Assembly (NCBI GenBank): GCA_963765495.1
Contig: CAVXWP010000017.1
Coordinates: 126,735-190,734, forward strand
DNA from: Blastocatellia bacterium
Lineage (GTDB): Bacteria; Acidobacteriota; Blastocatellia; UBA7656
DNA length: 64,000 nt
Direction of reading: 5' to 3'
Under the pieces are notes generated by a model, which worked only from the letters and a program-made list of their open reading frames with translations, did not search any database and was not told the DNA's origin. The position numbers were made by a program, and so were the translations under genes. Positions 9,903 to 20,800 of this stretch are shown in pieces. Every line of letters begins with the position of its first letter. Position 1 is the first letter of the stretch.

Positions 9903-10178
9903 ATGAAAAAAGCTGTCGTGACATTTTATACGCGGCCGGGCTGCCATCTCTGCGACGAAGCAAAAGCAAACCTGCTCGGGGCGGGCTGCAACGATGAATT
10001 CACGCTCGAAGAAATCAACATCGATCTCGACCCCGCCTTGCGCGACCGGTACGGATACGACATTCCTGTGATCTTCATCAATGGAATTAAGGCATTCAAA
10101 CACAGGGTTGACGGGCGCGAATTCAAACGCAAACTGCGCCGACTCTCGGGCTATAATGAAAAAGCCCGACAGGAGTAA
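9903..10178 (+). CDS. glutaredoxin-like protein (DUF836)
   Basis: YTRPGCHLCDEA (CxxC) and RYGYDIPV. Confidence 0.88.
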   Translation: MKKAVVTFYTRPGCHLCDEAKANLLGAGCNDEFTLEEINIDLDPALRDRYGYDIPVIFINGIKAFKHRVDGREFKRKLRRLSGYNEKARQE

Positions 10179-10236
10179 GCCGACTTTATCCTGCCGGGCC
10201 GGTGGTCTCTTTTCGAGTTTTGCCTTACTGGCTGCT

Positions 10237-13200
10237 TTATTCGTTCGCCGCAGAATTACACGTCACGCGGTTGCCTGCGACCGTCACATCGTCAACATAC
10301 CAGCCGTAACCTTTGAAACTCGTGTCCGTACCTATGTGCCACCTTATCGTCACGGTCTTTCCCACGTAGCTGTTGAGGTCGACTACAACTCTCTGAAATA
10401 CGCCCAGGCGTCCGTCAATCCACCCCGGCCGGCCTGCGAGCGGGTTTTCGCTGAAGCTGAGAATATCCCCGTTGTAGCCGCCTTCCAGAATGTGTGAGCC
10501 GAGGTCTTCGAACACGTTATCTCCGGTTGAGATTTCAAGCACCCCTCCGTCATAACCAAAGCTCTCGAACCCGAAAGTGTGATAAAAGACAAGCTGCAAA
10601 TCTCGCCCGTCGGATGGAAGCTGGATCGGCAGAGTGTCGAGATACGCATCGCTCAGTTTGGGCAGGTCGGGCGTGTACCACGAGCTTGCGCCTGTGTGGA
10701 AGCGGTCTGTGGCGATTACCCATGTGTCGGTCTTTTTCTTCTTCTTTTTGATGGGGCTGCCGTGCGTCCACATCGCCGCGCCGGATTCTATGTCGTCGGC
10801 AAAAAACGTGGCAGGGGCCACATTGCCCACGATCAACTCCAAAGGTATGCGCGATGTCACGCCCTGCGCGGAGAGGTTAACCGCAAGCTCGATTATCGTG
10901 CCGCAGGCGACATCCCCGTTTACAGCCACAGTAAACGATTGAGTGTTTTCACTCGTGCCGTTTGGCGCAATCGTTGGGAAATCAGATTCAGAGGCTGTTA
11001 TATTCACTCCCGGTGTAGAGGTGGTCAAGGTTGCGTGCCCGCCTGAAAGCGGGACGGAAGAAACATTCTTTAACCGGACTTTTAAATCACTTGAATGGTT
11101 GGGAAGGAGGGTACTGCCTAGGTTGACATCCTCGACCAGAGTGACGGCTGTATCTTTCTTTTCGCCGTTGTAGACGACGAGCGCGAAATCCTGATCATTT
11201 GAACTGGCGTTGCCCGGCACGCCGTCCCCGGCGATGACGCTCGCTCTGACCCGCACCTGAAAAGCTCCCGTCGTGCCTGCGGGCAGCCAGACGCTTTCGA
11301 TGTTGTCTTTTGTGTTTGGCTCGCCTCCCGGCTCGGATACATCCCCGTCAAAATGATTGCCGAGATAAGAGTGTCCGTTGACCGTGACTTCCAGATCGAG
11401 ATCGTTTACCCACGGAGCAAAGGCCGAAAGCCCGGGCGCGTCGGTCCATGCAAGAGAGACGCGAAACGGGCGGGTCGCGTCTTTGATCTCTCCGGTCATC
11501 AGCCACTCCTGCCCGCTGTCGGTAAACGTGTGTGTCTGGTTGACAAAGACTTTGGGCGCATCGTCAAAGGCGCGGCCGAGGTCCAGCAAGCCCCAGCCCT
11601 GTCGCGGGTGAGGCAGATCGCCGCCAGCCAGTTCGCCCGTCATATAAGTAGTCGTGTTTACAAGCAACGCCTTTATGAGCGCCGCGCTCGGCTGCTCGCC
11701 GCGATTGAGGAAGAACTGCCGGGCAAGCGCAGAGGCCCCGGCTACAATCGGCGTTGAATGGCTAGTGCCGGATGACCATGTGTAGAGAGTTTGGTTCTTT
11801 GGGAAGTATGGACTGCGAGAATTTTCGCCGCAGACACCGCTTCCATTGAAATCGGGGTGCTGCGAGGCCGCGCCCTGAACGTGTGTGCCGGGCGCGGTGA
11901 TGTCGGGCTTCATCCGCCCGTCGTCAAGCTGTCCGCCCGAAGAGAAAAAGACGATATCGAGAGCGCTGTCGGCCTCATCATCATTTATGCCGCAGCCGTC
12001 AAGACCTCCGCCCCTTGCGTTCTCGCCCGCCGCCACCGTGATAACATTCTTGCCGGTCCCGGGCGAACCTATCGTTCCGCCGCCTCCCGCATTGCCCGCC
12101 GCAAAACATATAACCATCTCCTGATTGCCCGGCTGCGAAGGAAGGGCATCGCGCACTCTGGAATCATATTCCTGCGACTCTATAGTATATTCGTTGGAAG
12201 TCGCGCCCCAGCTGTTTGACGAGATGCGCGCTCCGTCCGTGTAGGCGGCGGCAAGAAGCTTTGTATACGGCTCCTGAAGATCGAAACGCCCGGCGGCTTG
12301 AAATATCTTCGACGAGCCGAGAAGCGCGAAAGGCGCTACGCCTATGCCGTAACCGTATTGGCCCGAATCGCGCGCGCTCGAATCCGTTGAGAGATTCCCG
12401 CCTCCGGCTATGGACGCGTTCAAGGTTCCGTGCCCCTGCACGTCTCCGCCGTCGAAATCGCCCGTGAAATCGCGGGCATAAAGGACGCGACTCGCGCCCG
12501 AGGGGTTCAGAAAATCGGGATGCAGTTTGTCGGCGGTGATCGCTCCGCGATCAAGCCCCGTGTCGGTAATATCTATGCCAAAGTTGAATTGCGAGTCAAA
12601 ACCGTGCGCGAGCAACCATTGCATGTACCCGGGATTGCTGGCCTGTTTGCCGTCTGCGGTCAAAGCGCCCGCTATGATCTGAGATGATCGCTCGTCAAAA
12701 AGCTCCGGGGCCTTCCACGGCTCGATATTGATTACGTTCGGGAGCGCGGCCAGCTTCCTTATCCGGCCCGCTTCTATCTTCATCCTTAAGTTTGTATAAC
12801 CGAGGACGTTGTAAGCATTGCCTAAAGTTTCTCGGGCAAGCTTTTTAGCCGCTTTCACATCCGCGTTTGATTGCAAGTCGTTATCGGCGGGAGTGCGAGC
12901 CACCTGAATCGAGATCAAAACCTCGCGCTCGGGGTTCTCATTCATAATGGCGACCAGGGCCGGATGAATCTTGAATTCATCAGAAAAAGGCGCTTCCCAC
13001 TGAACAAACGGCTCGGCATCGTCGCCCTTCCTTCTCTGCAACCGCACGCCCGCGTAGGCATCTCCCCGCACGAGATACGCATTGTTCGGGACATAGGCGA
13101 TCACCTCGACACCGCTTGCCCGAAGCTCTTCGAGCCATTCGCGTTTGGCCGGGCCTATGAACTGAACCAGGCGAAGCCCCGCTCCGCCCACTTTTCTGCC

Positions 13201-13731
13201 CGCCACTGCATTTATTGATTGCGTAGTCACGAGGCTTGAAGCCTTCCCAAGACTGACGAAGTTTCCAGCCTGCTCATCGGATGTCGTATCGATAATGCCC
13301 GAACGCAACAGGAGCACATTGAAATCGTCGCGCACCCGGACGGATGACGGGTCTGACGGCCGGTTAGAGGGTACAGATGACAGGGCCGAAAGCTCGGCTT
13401 CGCTGTCGCCGCTCCTCCCTTCCCCGTTCCCTACACGCATAGCAAGCAGTTTGAAAGAGCCGTAATCGGCGACCTCGATTGCGCCCTGCGCCCTTGCGCG
13501 TTCAAGCGCATCGGTGTCGCTTGCAGAGACCTCGACTTTACGCACGCGCCCCGGGCTGCGATAGCTCCGAGGGTCGATCTTTTGTCCGCCGAAGCCTTTC
13601 ACAACCTTTGCAGGCGAGTTTTTGTCTATAGGGTCGGAGCCTTTCAGGTAAGAGCGCACATCCGCGCCTACAACTGAAACCATTATGAACATCGCAAGCG
13701 CGACGGATGTAAACAGCAACCTTCTTCTCAT
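10237..13731 (-). CDS. secreted S8 (subtilisin-family) serine protease with C-terminal beta-sandwich domains
   Basis: Signal peptide; catalytic DTG, GHGT and GTSHSTP; oxyanion AAGNAG; KPDITAPG; C-terminal YDGGVLEIS...GWYVDDV domain. Confidence 0.92.
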   Translation of the reverse strand: MRRRLLFTSVALAMFIMVSVVGADVRSYLKGSDPIDKNSPAKVVKGFGGQKIDPRSYRSPGRVRKVEVSASDTDALERARAQGAIEVADYGSFKLLAMRVGNGEGRSGDSEAELSALSSVPSNRPSDPSSVRVRDDFNVLLLRSGIIDTTSDEQAGNFVSLGKASSLVTTQSINAVAGRKVGGAGLRLVQFIGPAKREWLEELRASGVEVIAYVPNNAYLVRGDAYAGVRLQRRKGDDAEPFVQWEAPFSDEFKIHPALVAIMNENPEREVLISIQVARTPADNDLQSNADVKAAKKLARETLGNAYNVLGYTNLRMKIEAGRIRKLAALPNVINIEPWKAPELFDERSSQIIAGALTADGKQASNPGYMQWLLAHGFDSQFNFGIDITDTGLDRGAITADKLHPDFLNPSGASRVLYARDFTGDFDGGDVQGHGTLNASIAGGGNLSTDSSARDSGQYGYGIGVAPFALLGSSKIFQAAGRFDLQEPYTKLLAAAYTDGARISSNSWGATSNEYTIESQEYDSRVRDALPSQPGNQEMVICFAAGNAGGGGTIGSPGTGKNVITVAAGENARGGGLDGCGINDDEADSALDIVFFSSGGQLDDGRMKPDITAPGTHVQGAASQHPDFNGSGVCGENSRSPYFPKNQTLYTWSSGTSHSTPIVAGASALARQFFLNRGEQPSAALIKALLVNTTTYMTGELAGGDLPHPRQGWGLLDLGRAFDDAPKVFVNQTHTFTDSGQEWLMTGEIKDATRPFRVSLAWTDAPGLSAFAPWVNDLDLEVTVNGHSYLGNHFDGDVSEPGGEPNTKDNIESVWLPAGTTGAFQVRVRASVIAGDGVPGNASSNDQDFALVVYNGEKKDTAVTLVEDVNLGSTLLPNHSSDLKVRLKNVSSVPLSGGHATLTTSTPGVNITASESDFPTIAPNGTSENTQSFTVAVNGDVACGTIIELAVNLSAQGVTSRIPLELIVGNVAPATFFADDIESGAAMWTHGSPIKKKKKKTDTWVIATDRFHTGASSWYTPDLPKLSDAYLDTLPIQLPSDGRDLQLVFYHTFGFESFGYDGGVLEISTGDNVFEDLGSHILEGGYNGDILSFSENPLAGRPGWIDGRLGVFQRVVVDLNSYVGKTVTIRWHIGTDTSFKGYGWYVDDVTVAGNRVTCNSAANE

Positions 13732-13762
13732 GATACCCCCCAGAAAATACTTCAAGGCTGAC

Positions 13763-13792
13763 TCAGCCTGTTTGTGAAATCAGCCTGTTTGT
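13763..13792. promoter_or_regulatory. 13-bp direct repeat upstream of the S8 protease
   Basis: tcagcctgtttgt occurs twice, 17 bp apart start to start. Confidence 0.35.
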
Positions 13793-13834
13793 AAAAACGG
13801 CAGAACTCGCTCCACCGGATGGTTTTCACCTCCC

Positions 13835-14665
13835 TCAGCCCTTTTTGGAAGGAGCAGGTGTGACAGGAGCGGCCTTTTGCGCCCCCTGATCGGGCACATA
13901 TTTCTTACCGTTGAATATGTAGGTCTTCGTCTCATCGACGCTCGTCACCTTGCCGTCACTGCCCTTTCTTGAGCCGGTAGTGCTGATCTTGATGTCATAG
14001 TAAGAACTGTTTTTGCCCTGGACGAAATTGAGCTTGGAAGAATACTTGTACGGCTTGTTGTCGCCGCCCTGCCCGCTTGTGGCGGGCAAAGAAAGCGCCT
14101 CGGTAAGACCGCTGTCAGTCACCTCAAACAAGATCATCCCTTCTTCCTGATAAGTGCCGGTGTAGAGAGGGCGAAACAACACCCCGTATTTATCCGGGCC
14201 TATTCTCACCAGTTCGGTCGCAGGCCCTTCGCCGTACTCGCCGAGCCGGGCTATAAACTTCTGCTCGGCGTCCAGTTGCCAGCCGCCGCCCGTCTTCGAA
14301 AATAGAAAGCCGCTGATGGTCGCCGGACAGGCGTGGCAGGTGTAATCCTTCGGGACGGTCCCCGTCAGCAGTATATATTTATCAAAATTGCCTTCGTGCA
14401 TAGGTTTTGCAAGCAGTATCGAGGAAAAGACATCCTTTGCGCCCGAGTCAATCTTGAGTTGCGTAATATCGGCGGCCGAAGGCTTCCAGGCCGACACTTC
14501 CTCTTCATCGTCATAATTGCCAAAGACCAGTTTCATGGCCTTGTCTTCGGTGATCTCTCCTGTGAGAGTCTTCTTTTTAGCGCCCTGACCGTAGCTTTGA
14601 TGCGCTCCAATCATAAGACCAGATAAGATCAAAAGCGCCAATAACGCAATATTTCCAGACTTCAT
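13835..14665 (-). CDS. hypothetical exported protein
   Basis: Signal peptide, CHAC motif, CAGGAGA ribosome-binding site before ATG 14665. Confidence 0.75.
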   Translation of the reverse strand: MKSGNIALLALLILSGLMIGAHQSYGQGAKKKTLTGEITEDKAMKLVFGNYDDEEEVSAWKPSAADITQLKIDSGAKDVFSSILLAKPMHEGNFDKYILLTGTVPKDYTCHACPATISGFLFSKTGGGWQLDAEQKFIARLGEYGEGPATELVRIGPDKYGVLFRPLYTGTYQEEGMILFEVTDSGLTEALSLPATSGQGGDNKPYKYSSKLNFVQGKNSSYYDIKISTTGSRKGSDGKVTSVDETKTYIFNGKKYVPDQGAQKAAPVTPAPSKKG

Positions 14666-14803
14666 ATATATCTCCTGAAACACGAATTTCACAGTGCCGG
14701 TTTGAGCACGACACCCGTCATCCCGGTTTTCGCATGAGAGAACCCGGATACTTGACAGGTTTTACAAGATTAATAAGATTTCAAACGCAACGCCGGGGCT
14801 ATA

Positions 14804-15199
14804 TCAGCTTGCGTTGACTGCAAAATATAAGAGCTTCCATTCGCCTCCTTCATCAATAAATCTGAAGGGGATCGAAGCTTTTCTATCATTAAAGTGGACT
14901 ATGTAAACAGGCTCGACCACGCGATGACCTTCATAAGTATTAAACCTGGTGCTCAATCGGGTGGGAGCCGTGTGGTCGCCCATCTCTTTCAGTTGCTTGA
15001 GGGACTCAATGGCTTTCTCTCTGGGGATTGAATCCTTATAGAATTTCGAGGCGTCGTCATATATCTCGTTAAAATTTTCGACATCCAGTCGCTGAAAAAA
15101 CAGCAGTGTAGCCTTATCGGCGTCTTCGTAGGGAGCTTCGTGCGCGCACCCGGCCAGACACAACAACAACATCGATACTACAATTGATTTACCTACCAT
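14804..15199 (-). CDS. small lipoprotein, NTF2-like (DUF4019/DUF3887-like)
   Basis: Lipobox LAGC, IYDDAS..., C-terminal EGGEWKL..F.V. Confidence 0.7.
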   Translation of the reverse strand: MVGKSIVVSMLLLCLAGCAHEAPYEDADKATLLFFQRLDVENFNEIYDDASKFYKDSIPREKAIESLKQLKEMGDHTAPTRLSTRFNTYEGHRVVEPVYIVHFNDRKASIPFRFIDEGGEWKLLYFAVNAS

Positions 15200-15282
15200 C
15201 TAACCCCTTGTATGTAAATATCCTTTCGAGCCAAAGTGAGGGAAAACAATACCAGCAGTCCCCCATCCGGCGCAACAACAGA

Positions 15283-15398
15283 AGGGATGAGGGATGAATC
15301 GGACTCTAAGGAAATATTTCGGTGAATTGGTTTAACCGATTACCGGAATGTTACCCTACAGTCCGATTCATCCCTCATCCCTCATCCCTCATCCCTCA
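15283..15398. repeat. inverted heptamer (AGGGATG/CATCCCT) repeat element
   Basis: agggatgagggatgaatcggact pairs perfectly with agtccgattcatccctcatccct.... The right end overlaps the TGA of the 617-aa gene. Confidence 0.85.
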
Positions 15399-17249
15399 AA
15401 AGAGGTAGGTTACTCGCTCGGTCATCAAAGGGCCGCTGGTCTCGCGTTTAAGGCGAAGCTCGCGGATTGAGGAAGCGCCTATCAAACTGGACAGGTTATC
15501 GCTGAAGAATTTGACTTCGGTTTCGGTTTCGTCCTGCTGATCGGTGGAGGCAGGGGCGTTTTCGACCTTGCCGTCGAGTTTGGCCATCAGCCTGTCGAAG
15601 ATCGGGCGAGCCTCGGCCACCCGTGCCACGGCATAAAAGGTTGCCGTTCCTTCGAAGTCGGCTTTCGCGGGAGGCGCAGACGTCTTTGCCGCTTGCATTA
15701 TGTCGCGGGCAAACTCTTTGCTCGAAGCCATCACCAGATACTTGCCGGAAATCGAATAGGCCGCCGATTGCTGAAGCAGCGATTCGGCCAAATATCGAAC
15801 GCCCGCTTCTTCCTGCCACGAAAGATTCGGGTCTACACCTGAAATTACAAATCGCGCCCGTATTTCATCGGTTATCGCTCGCTCAAACGTTGCGCGATCT
15901 ATAGCCGCATCGGCTCTCATCTCAAGGACTATGGCGCGCTCAAAGCCCACGAACGATTTTCCGGCATCCGCTTTCGAACGGACCATTTCACAATAGCCCG
16001 AAGGCGAGACTCCAGACAGGATTGAAACGAGGCTCTTTTCAAATGTCACACCCGCCCCCGCGCCCCCGGCCCCCGGCCCCTTGGAAGCTGCCCCTTCGGC
16101 CGCAGGGTCATCTACATCGCGATCAAAACGCGCGTCGAGCCGGGCATAGCGTTCGGTTCGCGCGCTGCTGTCGCCTTCGTTGTTTGTCTCGCGGGTGCGG
16201 TCGGGAATATCGGGTGGCGTCCCTGCCGAGTCGGGCAGTTTGCCGAAAAAAATCTGCGAGACCGAATGGCCAAGCTCTTCGATTGCGCCTGACGGGGCGT
16301 GCGCTTCGATCAGTTGCGCATCGGCGGGAGCGAACCTTATCAGCGCGCTCGTCTGCTCTGCCGAGAGCGTGCCCGCTTCATTTGCGTTTGCAGACGACAT
16401 CTTGAACCATCGCTGCTCGTTGAGCCCCTGCGGAGTGAATCGAACATCTATCAATCCGCTTTCGATGTTCGCAAGCGAAGAAGGGTCTGTTTCGGTTGTG
16501 TTGTGATGAATCCAGTAGTTGTTGAAATAGAGGTTCTTGTTGAGCCGCGCCTGATCGAGCCAGATGGTGATGTCGCGCGCGGCAAAGCCTTCAGCCTGCC
16601 CGGCAATTGAGAGAAGATCGGGCAGAAGGGCGTCATCTCCTGTCTGTTTTGCGTTCCGGAGCGCGCGAATCATCAACCCTTCGGCGGTCGTCACTATGAG
16701 CTTACCTTCCGAATAGGCGAAACAGAATTGCTGATTCAGATTCCCGTTATCGGTCTTCACATCGTGGACATAATAAGGGCTGCCGTCGGCGGAACGCTCT
16801 TGAAACTGAGGCACCTGTTTGAACATCGTCGTAGCAATCGCGCGCGCGCGCGGCACTTCGGTCACAAAGACCATTTCGAGTTTGCCTATGTCATACATCG
16901 CAACCGACGAGGCTCCGCCCGCGAGTTCGGCGAGCCGGTCTTCATCCAGCCCGAATCCTATGGCCTGCTCGAAATCCTGTTTGCGGTTCTGGAGCTTGAG
17001 ATAGATGTGCGATTGCGAGTAAGCGGAAAAGCTCGCGCTCTTATAGTATTGCTCTCTGATGTTTGAAGCGTTCCACATCTTCATAAGCGCCGAGAGGTCC
17101 GTAGCCTGAACATAAACAAGCGCGCCGCGAGGGGTGATACCTGCGAGCCTGAGTTGCTCGGCCACGGGCCGCGTCTGTTGTCCGTCAGACCTGTGCGCGA
17201 GTGCGACAACCGCTATACCGATCAGCAGGAGTATTCTGATGTTTTTCAT
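15396..17249 (-). CDS. hypothetical exported protein (617 aa), last gene of the TPR/VIT operon
   Basis: Signal peptide and alternating alpha/beta pattern loosely like DUF3352/DUF2138 proteins (inference). Confidence 0.8.
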   Translation of the reverse strand: MKNIRILLLIGIAVVALAHRSDGQQTRPVAEQLRLAGITPRGALVYVQATDLSALMKMWNASNIREQYYKSASFSAYSQSHIYLKLQNRKQDFEQAIGFGLDEDRLAELAGGASSVAMYDIGKLEMVFVTEVPRARAIATTMFKQVPQFQERSADGSPYYVHDVKTDNGNLNQQFCFAYSEGKLIVTTAEGLMIRALRNAKQTGDDALLPDLLSIAGQAEGFAARDITIWLDQARLNKNLYFNNYWIHHNTTETDPSSLANIESGLIDVRFTPQGLNEQRWFKMSSANANEAGTLSAEQTSALIRFAPADAQLIEAHAPSGAIEELGHSVSQIFFGKLPDSAGTPPDIPDRTRETNNEGDSSARTERYARLDARFDRDVDDPAAEGAASKGPGAGGAGAGVTFEKSLVSILSGVSPSGYCEMVRSKADAGKSFVGFERAIVLEMRADAAIDRATFERAITDEIRARFVISGVDPNLSWQEEAGVRYLAESLLQQSAAYSISGKYLVMASSKEFARDIMQAAKTSAPPAKADFEGTATFYAVARVAEARPIFDRLMAKLDGKVENAPASTDQQDETETEVKFFSDNLSSLIGASSIRELRLKRETSGPLMTERVTYLF

Positions 17250-17264
17250 AATCGTAACCTGATT

Positions 17265-17330
17265 GTAGGGGCAGGGCTTGTCCCCGCCCGGATTTGATTG
17301 TAGGGGCAGGGCTTGTCCCTGCCCGGATCG
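17265..17330 (+). repeat. two tandem GTAG-family REP sequences
   Basis: gtaggggcagggcttgtccccgcccggat (17265) and gtaggggcagggcttgtccctgcccggatcg (17300): GTAG head plus a palindrome. Confidence 0.9.
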
Positions 17331-17345
17331 CGCGTAGCGCGATGA

Positions 17346-17831
17346 CTATAGAAGGTCGTCAACCTTGCCCGTGTAGGGCCATCGATCCGGTCTTTCAACC
17401 AATCCTCTTCTCACCGGATTCAACCTGACATATTCCAATTTTTCATAAAACTCCTCTTCGTTGCGTATAACACGATCAAAAAACTGTCGCTGCCAGAGCT
17501 TCCCTTCATACCATTGCCAATATGCACGCGTTGAAATGCTCTTGAAAGTGCCACAGATTTCGCCCAGCGATTTTCCTGACTCACCAGAACCAATCAATGC
17601 ATGAATGTGATCCGGCATCAGACAGTAAATGTAAAGCCTGAAACGCATCTGCTGCCGGAGTCGCAAAAGGCAATCAATGATAGACAGAGCCAGCCGATGA
17701 TCGAGAAAAAGATTTCGTCTGCCCTCAACAACTATCGTGACATAATATATCCTCTTTGTTGAGTAATCGAATCCGCGCAGACGGAGGCTATTTCGCCGGA
17801 CATAGATTTTCTTGTCATCTATATGGGCCAT
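17346..17831 (-). mobile_element. REP-associated tyrosine transposase (RAYT, IS200/Y1 family)
   Basis: RRNSLRLRGFDYS start, HUH motif MPDHIH, WQRQFFDRVIRN and catalytic Y in YVRLNPV; flanked by inverted REPs. Confidence 0.93.
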
Positions 17832-17852
17832 GCCACATCATCGGCCTTTGGC

Positions 17853-17883
17853 CGATCCGGGCAGGGACAAGCCCTGCCCCTAC
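17853..17883 (-). repeat. GTAG-family REP, inverted relative to the 17300 copy
   Basis: Exact reverse complement of the 17300-17330 REP. Its GTAG contains the stop codon of the 2609-aa gene. Confidence 0.9.
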
Positions 17884-20800
17884 TTTTCTCCAAGGAGGCG
17901 ACCGGCATAAATTGATTCGGTCGCATTGGAATTATCCACGCGTAAAAGCAAAGCCGATCTGATCTGTTCGGCTCTCTTCGCCGCCATAATTTCCGCCAGT
18001 CGTTTCTCAATGCCGGTCTTCTCATCCGGCTTTGTCGCCTCCAGTGCGAGCAACCGCTCCATTGCGATGGCGCGATCATACTGGCCAAGCCGCGCCGCCG
18101 AATCCACAAGCGCAGAAACCTCTTCGCTCTGCGTTCTCGACAAAGCAGCGTCGTTTGCCTCGGCCAGCGTCCTTAGCCCCGGAGCCTTCGATCTTGTGAT
18201 CTCAAGCGAAGGCTCGAAGGCAACCGTAGATCCAGAGGTTCTTTCGGCTTGTTCGCCCCCGTTTAATGCGTTCTTGATGGCAGCGTTGATCGCGGCGGGG
18301 CCGCTCGCATCATCGCTTTCGGCAAGGCGAATCGCGGCAAGATCGCGCCCCGCCCGGCTGTAAAGCGCTATCAACTGGGCGCGCGGACCCGGGGCTACGA
18401 AGGCGATTGCGCCAGTCATATCCCCGTCGGCATCCAGATAAATAGCCCGCTCGAAACTGGCAACCGCTTCCGCATCTTGCCCCGCGGCCTTCTCTATTAT
18501 TCCCAGTTTCATCTGAGCCACCGAAGCAAGCGAGCCGCCGGTTATTCGCTTAAGCAGTTGACGAGCCTCATCAGGCCGTCCGGTCTTTTCGGCTATTGCC
18601 GCTCGCGCAAGCACGGCCCCGGCATCCGCCTGAGCCACTCGCCCGTCGAGCGCCGCAGCCGCCCGCGCACCCTGTGACGGGTCTCTCCTCGCGATTTCGC
18701 CCATGATCTCGGCCGCCTGCGCTCGAACGCTGTTTGATGTAGTCCTCTCCGCTATCAACGCGATTATCCTATCGACCGCTTCGCCGTTTCTGCCCGCTGC
18801 CGCGATCACGTGAGCAAGCTCAAGCTTGTTGGTCGCATCATTGGGATTGATGCGCGCTATCTGCTCGCGGAAATTTACGGCATCATCAAAGCGATTTATC
18901 CGCGCAGATGTCTCGGCGGCCAGACGCAGAGCCTTGAGATTGTCGGTGGAACGCTCTACCAGAAGCTTGAGCAACCGCCCGGCCTCATCCATCTGCCCCC
19001 GGCGGGCTTCGATCTCCGCAAGCCCGGCAAGGCTCGCGTCATCCGAGTAGCGCGTCCGCGCCGCCGCTCGATAAGCCTCGTAAAGCATCGCCTCGGCTTC
19101 CGTATCTTTGCCTTCCGCAAGCAACAGCGCGTATGCCTTCAGGCATTGCTCGTGAAGCAGGCCGCTACCGCTACTTTGCATCTCGTCCGAATCATTTGTC
19201 TCACCGCCATCGAGACCGCAATAACGGCGTAGTTCGGCTACGGCCTTAGCCGCGTCGCCGCCGCGCAATTCGATCAGGGCCGAAGCCAGAGGCAGCCAGT
19301 CATAACGACTAACGACATAATCATCAGCCTTTGTCGCAAGCGCCAGATCGGCCTGCTCCTGATTGATTGTAGCGACAAGCAATCGCGCTTCATCAAAGGC
19401 TCTGGACTTTATCAGATAATCCAGAAAGCGACGGCGAAACTCGCTCAACGCCTGCGCCGGGTAGACATACTCCGACCCGTTGTAATAGCCGTTGTCGTAT
19501 TCATCGGTGCCGAATACGGCGGCGGCCTGATCCGAAAGCCGTTGATGGATAGTGCGATAGAGGCCGCCAAGCGCGGAATCGGGCAGCAGGTTCTCTTCGA
19601 TCAACAGGCTGCCGATAGAGGTGTCTCCGGGCATGCTGTTGATCACGTTATGAAAGTATGTTCCTATCTCATCTTCGAGTTGCTCGTTGCCCTGCGCGCG
19701 CGCGGTGATGTCGCGCACGAGCGGTTTGATCGCCTCGATTCTTTCGCTTGCATTTTGATTTCGCACGCGGCGATTGACATAACTCACAAGAAACGCCTGA
19801 AGCCGGGGAAGCGCCTCGCGCAAAAATCCATTGTCGGCCATCACCTTCAAATAAGTCTGCGCGTCATCCACGCTAACCCGCCCCGTGATGATCGTAGCCC
19901 ACGCGTCCTGAGCGGCCTGCCGGTCGCCGCGCGCAAGCGCTATCGAACCGCGCATCAAGGCTATTTCCTTGCTGCCGGGCGCAAGCTCCGAGGCAAGCCC
20001 CGTGTGATCGGTCGCCCGGTCGAGGTCTTTCTGATCGAGAAAATATGCGGCAAGCTCGAGTTGAGCGCGGGCGCTCGACGGATGATTTTCAATCTCGGCG
20101 GGGACATAGTGCTGGCCCTCCATCCCCCGCGATGGCACAAGCCCAAGCCAGTAACCGTAATTTCTGGCCGCCGTGAACCAGTCATTGCCGAGCAATGTCT
20201 GGTTGGAATCAACCCGTCGCCCGAGCATCTCTCCGATTGGGCGAATATCGAGCGCCGCCTTGAAGAAGGCTTCCGTTTCCACGGAAGTGTCTTTCAAAAA
20301 CAACCCGACTTCGCCGCTGCGCGAGGCGACCCAGGCGGGCGACTGTCTTGCGCTTGCGATTGCCTTTCGCGCAATATCTTTCTCGCCCTTCTCGATAAGG
20401 AAATTGATCAACTGCAACTGGTACGGATTGTAAGACGAGGCGATTTGCTGAACCTCGTCCCGCTTCCCTGTCGAATAGAGCAGCGTCAGGTATCGGTCTA
20501 CCCAATCGGCGCTGCTTGCGGTCAAATCTCCGCTCGCGCTTCTGTATGCCGAACGCAACCATTCAAGCTCGCGGTTTGTGTCTCCGCTCAGCCGGTACTC
20601 GATGGCTATCTGGTTCTGGTAATCGAAATGGTCTTTGTACTTGTCTCGCGCATAGCCGTCGGCCAGCGCTTCGGCTGCGCGAACAAAGGCCGCGTGGCGA
20701 TTATAAAAAGCCACAAGTGCGCGCATCTCGTTGTAATATTCCGTATCTGTGGCAGTGAGATGCCCTTTCAGGGCGGCATCTTTGATCTGGATGTAAATCT

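Noticed and set aside
17265-17330. Mini CRISPR array
   Set aside because: Only two units separated by ~6 bp, with a GTAG-palindrome REP structure beside a RAYT and no cas genes.
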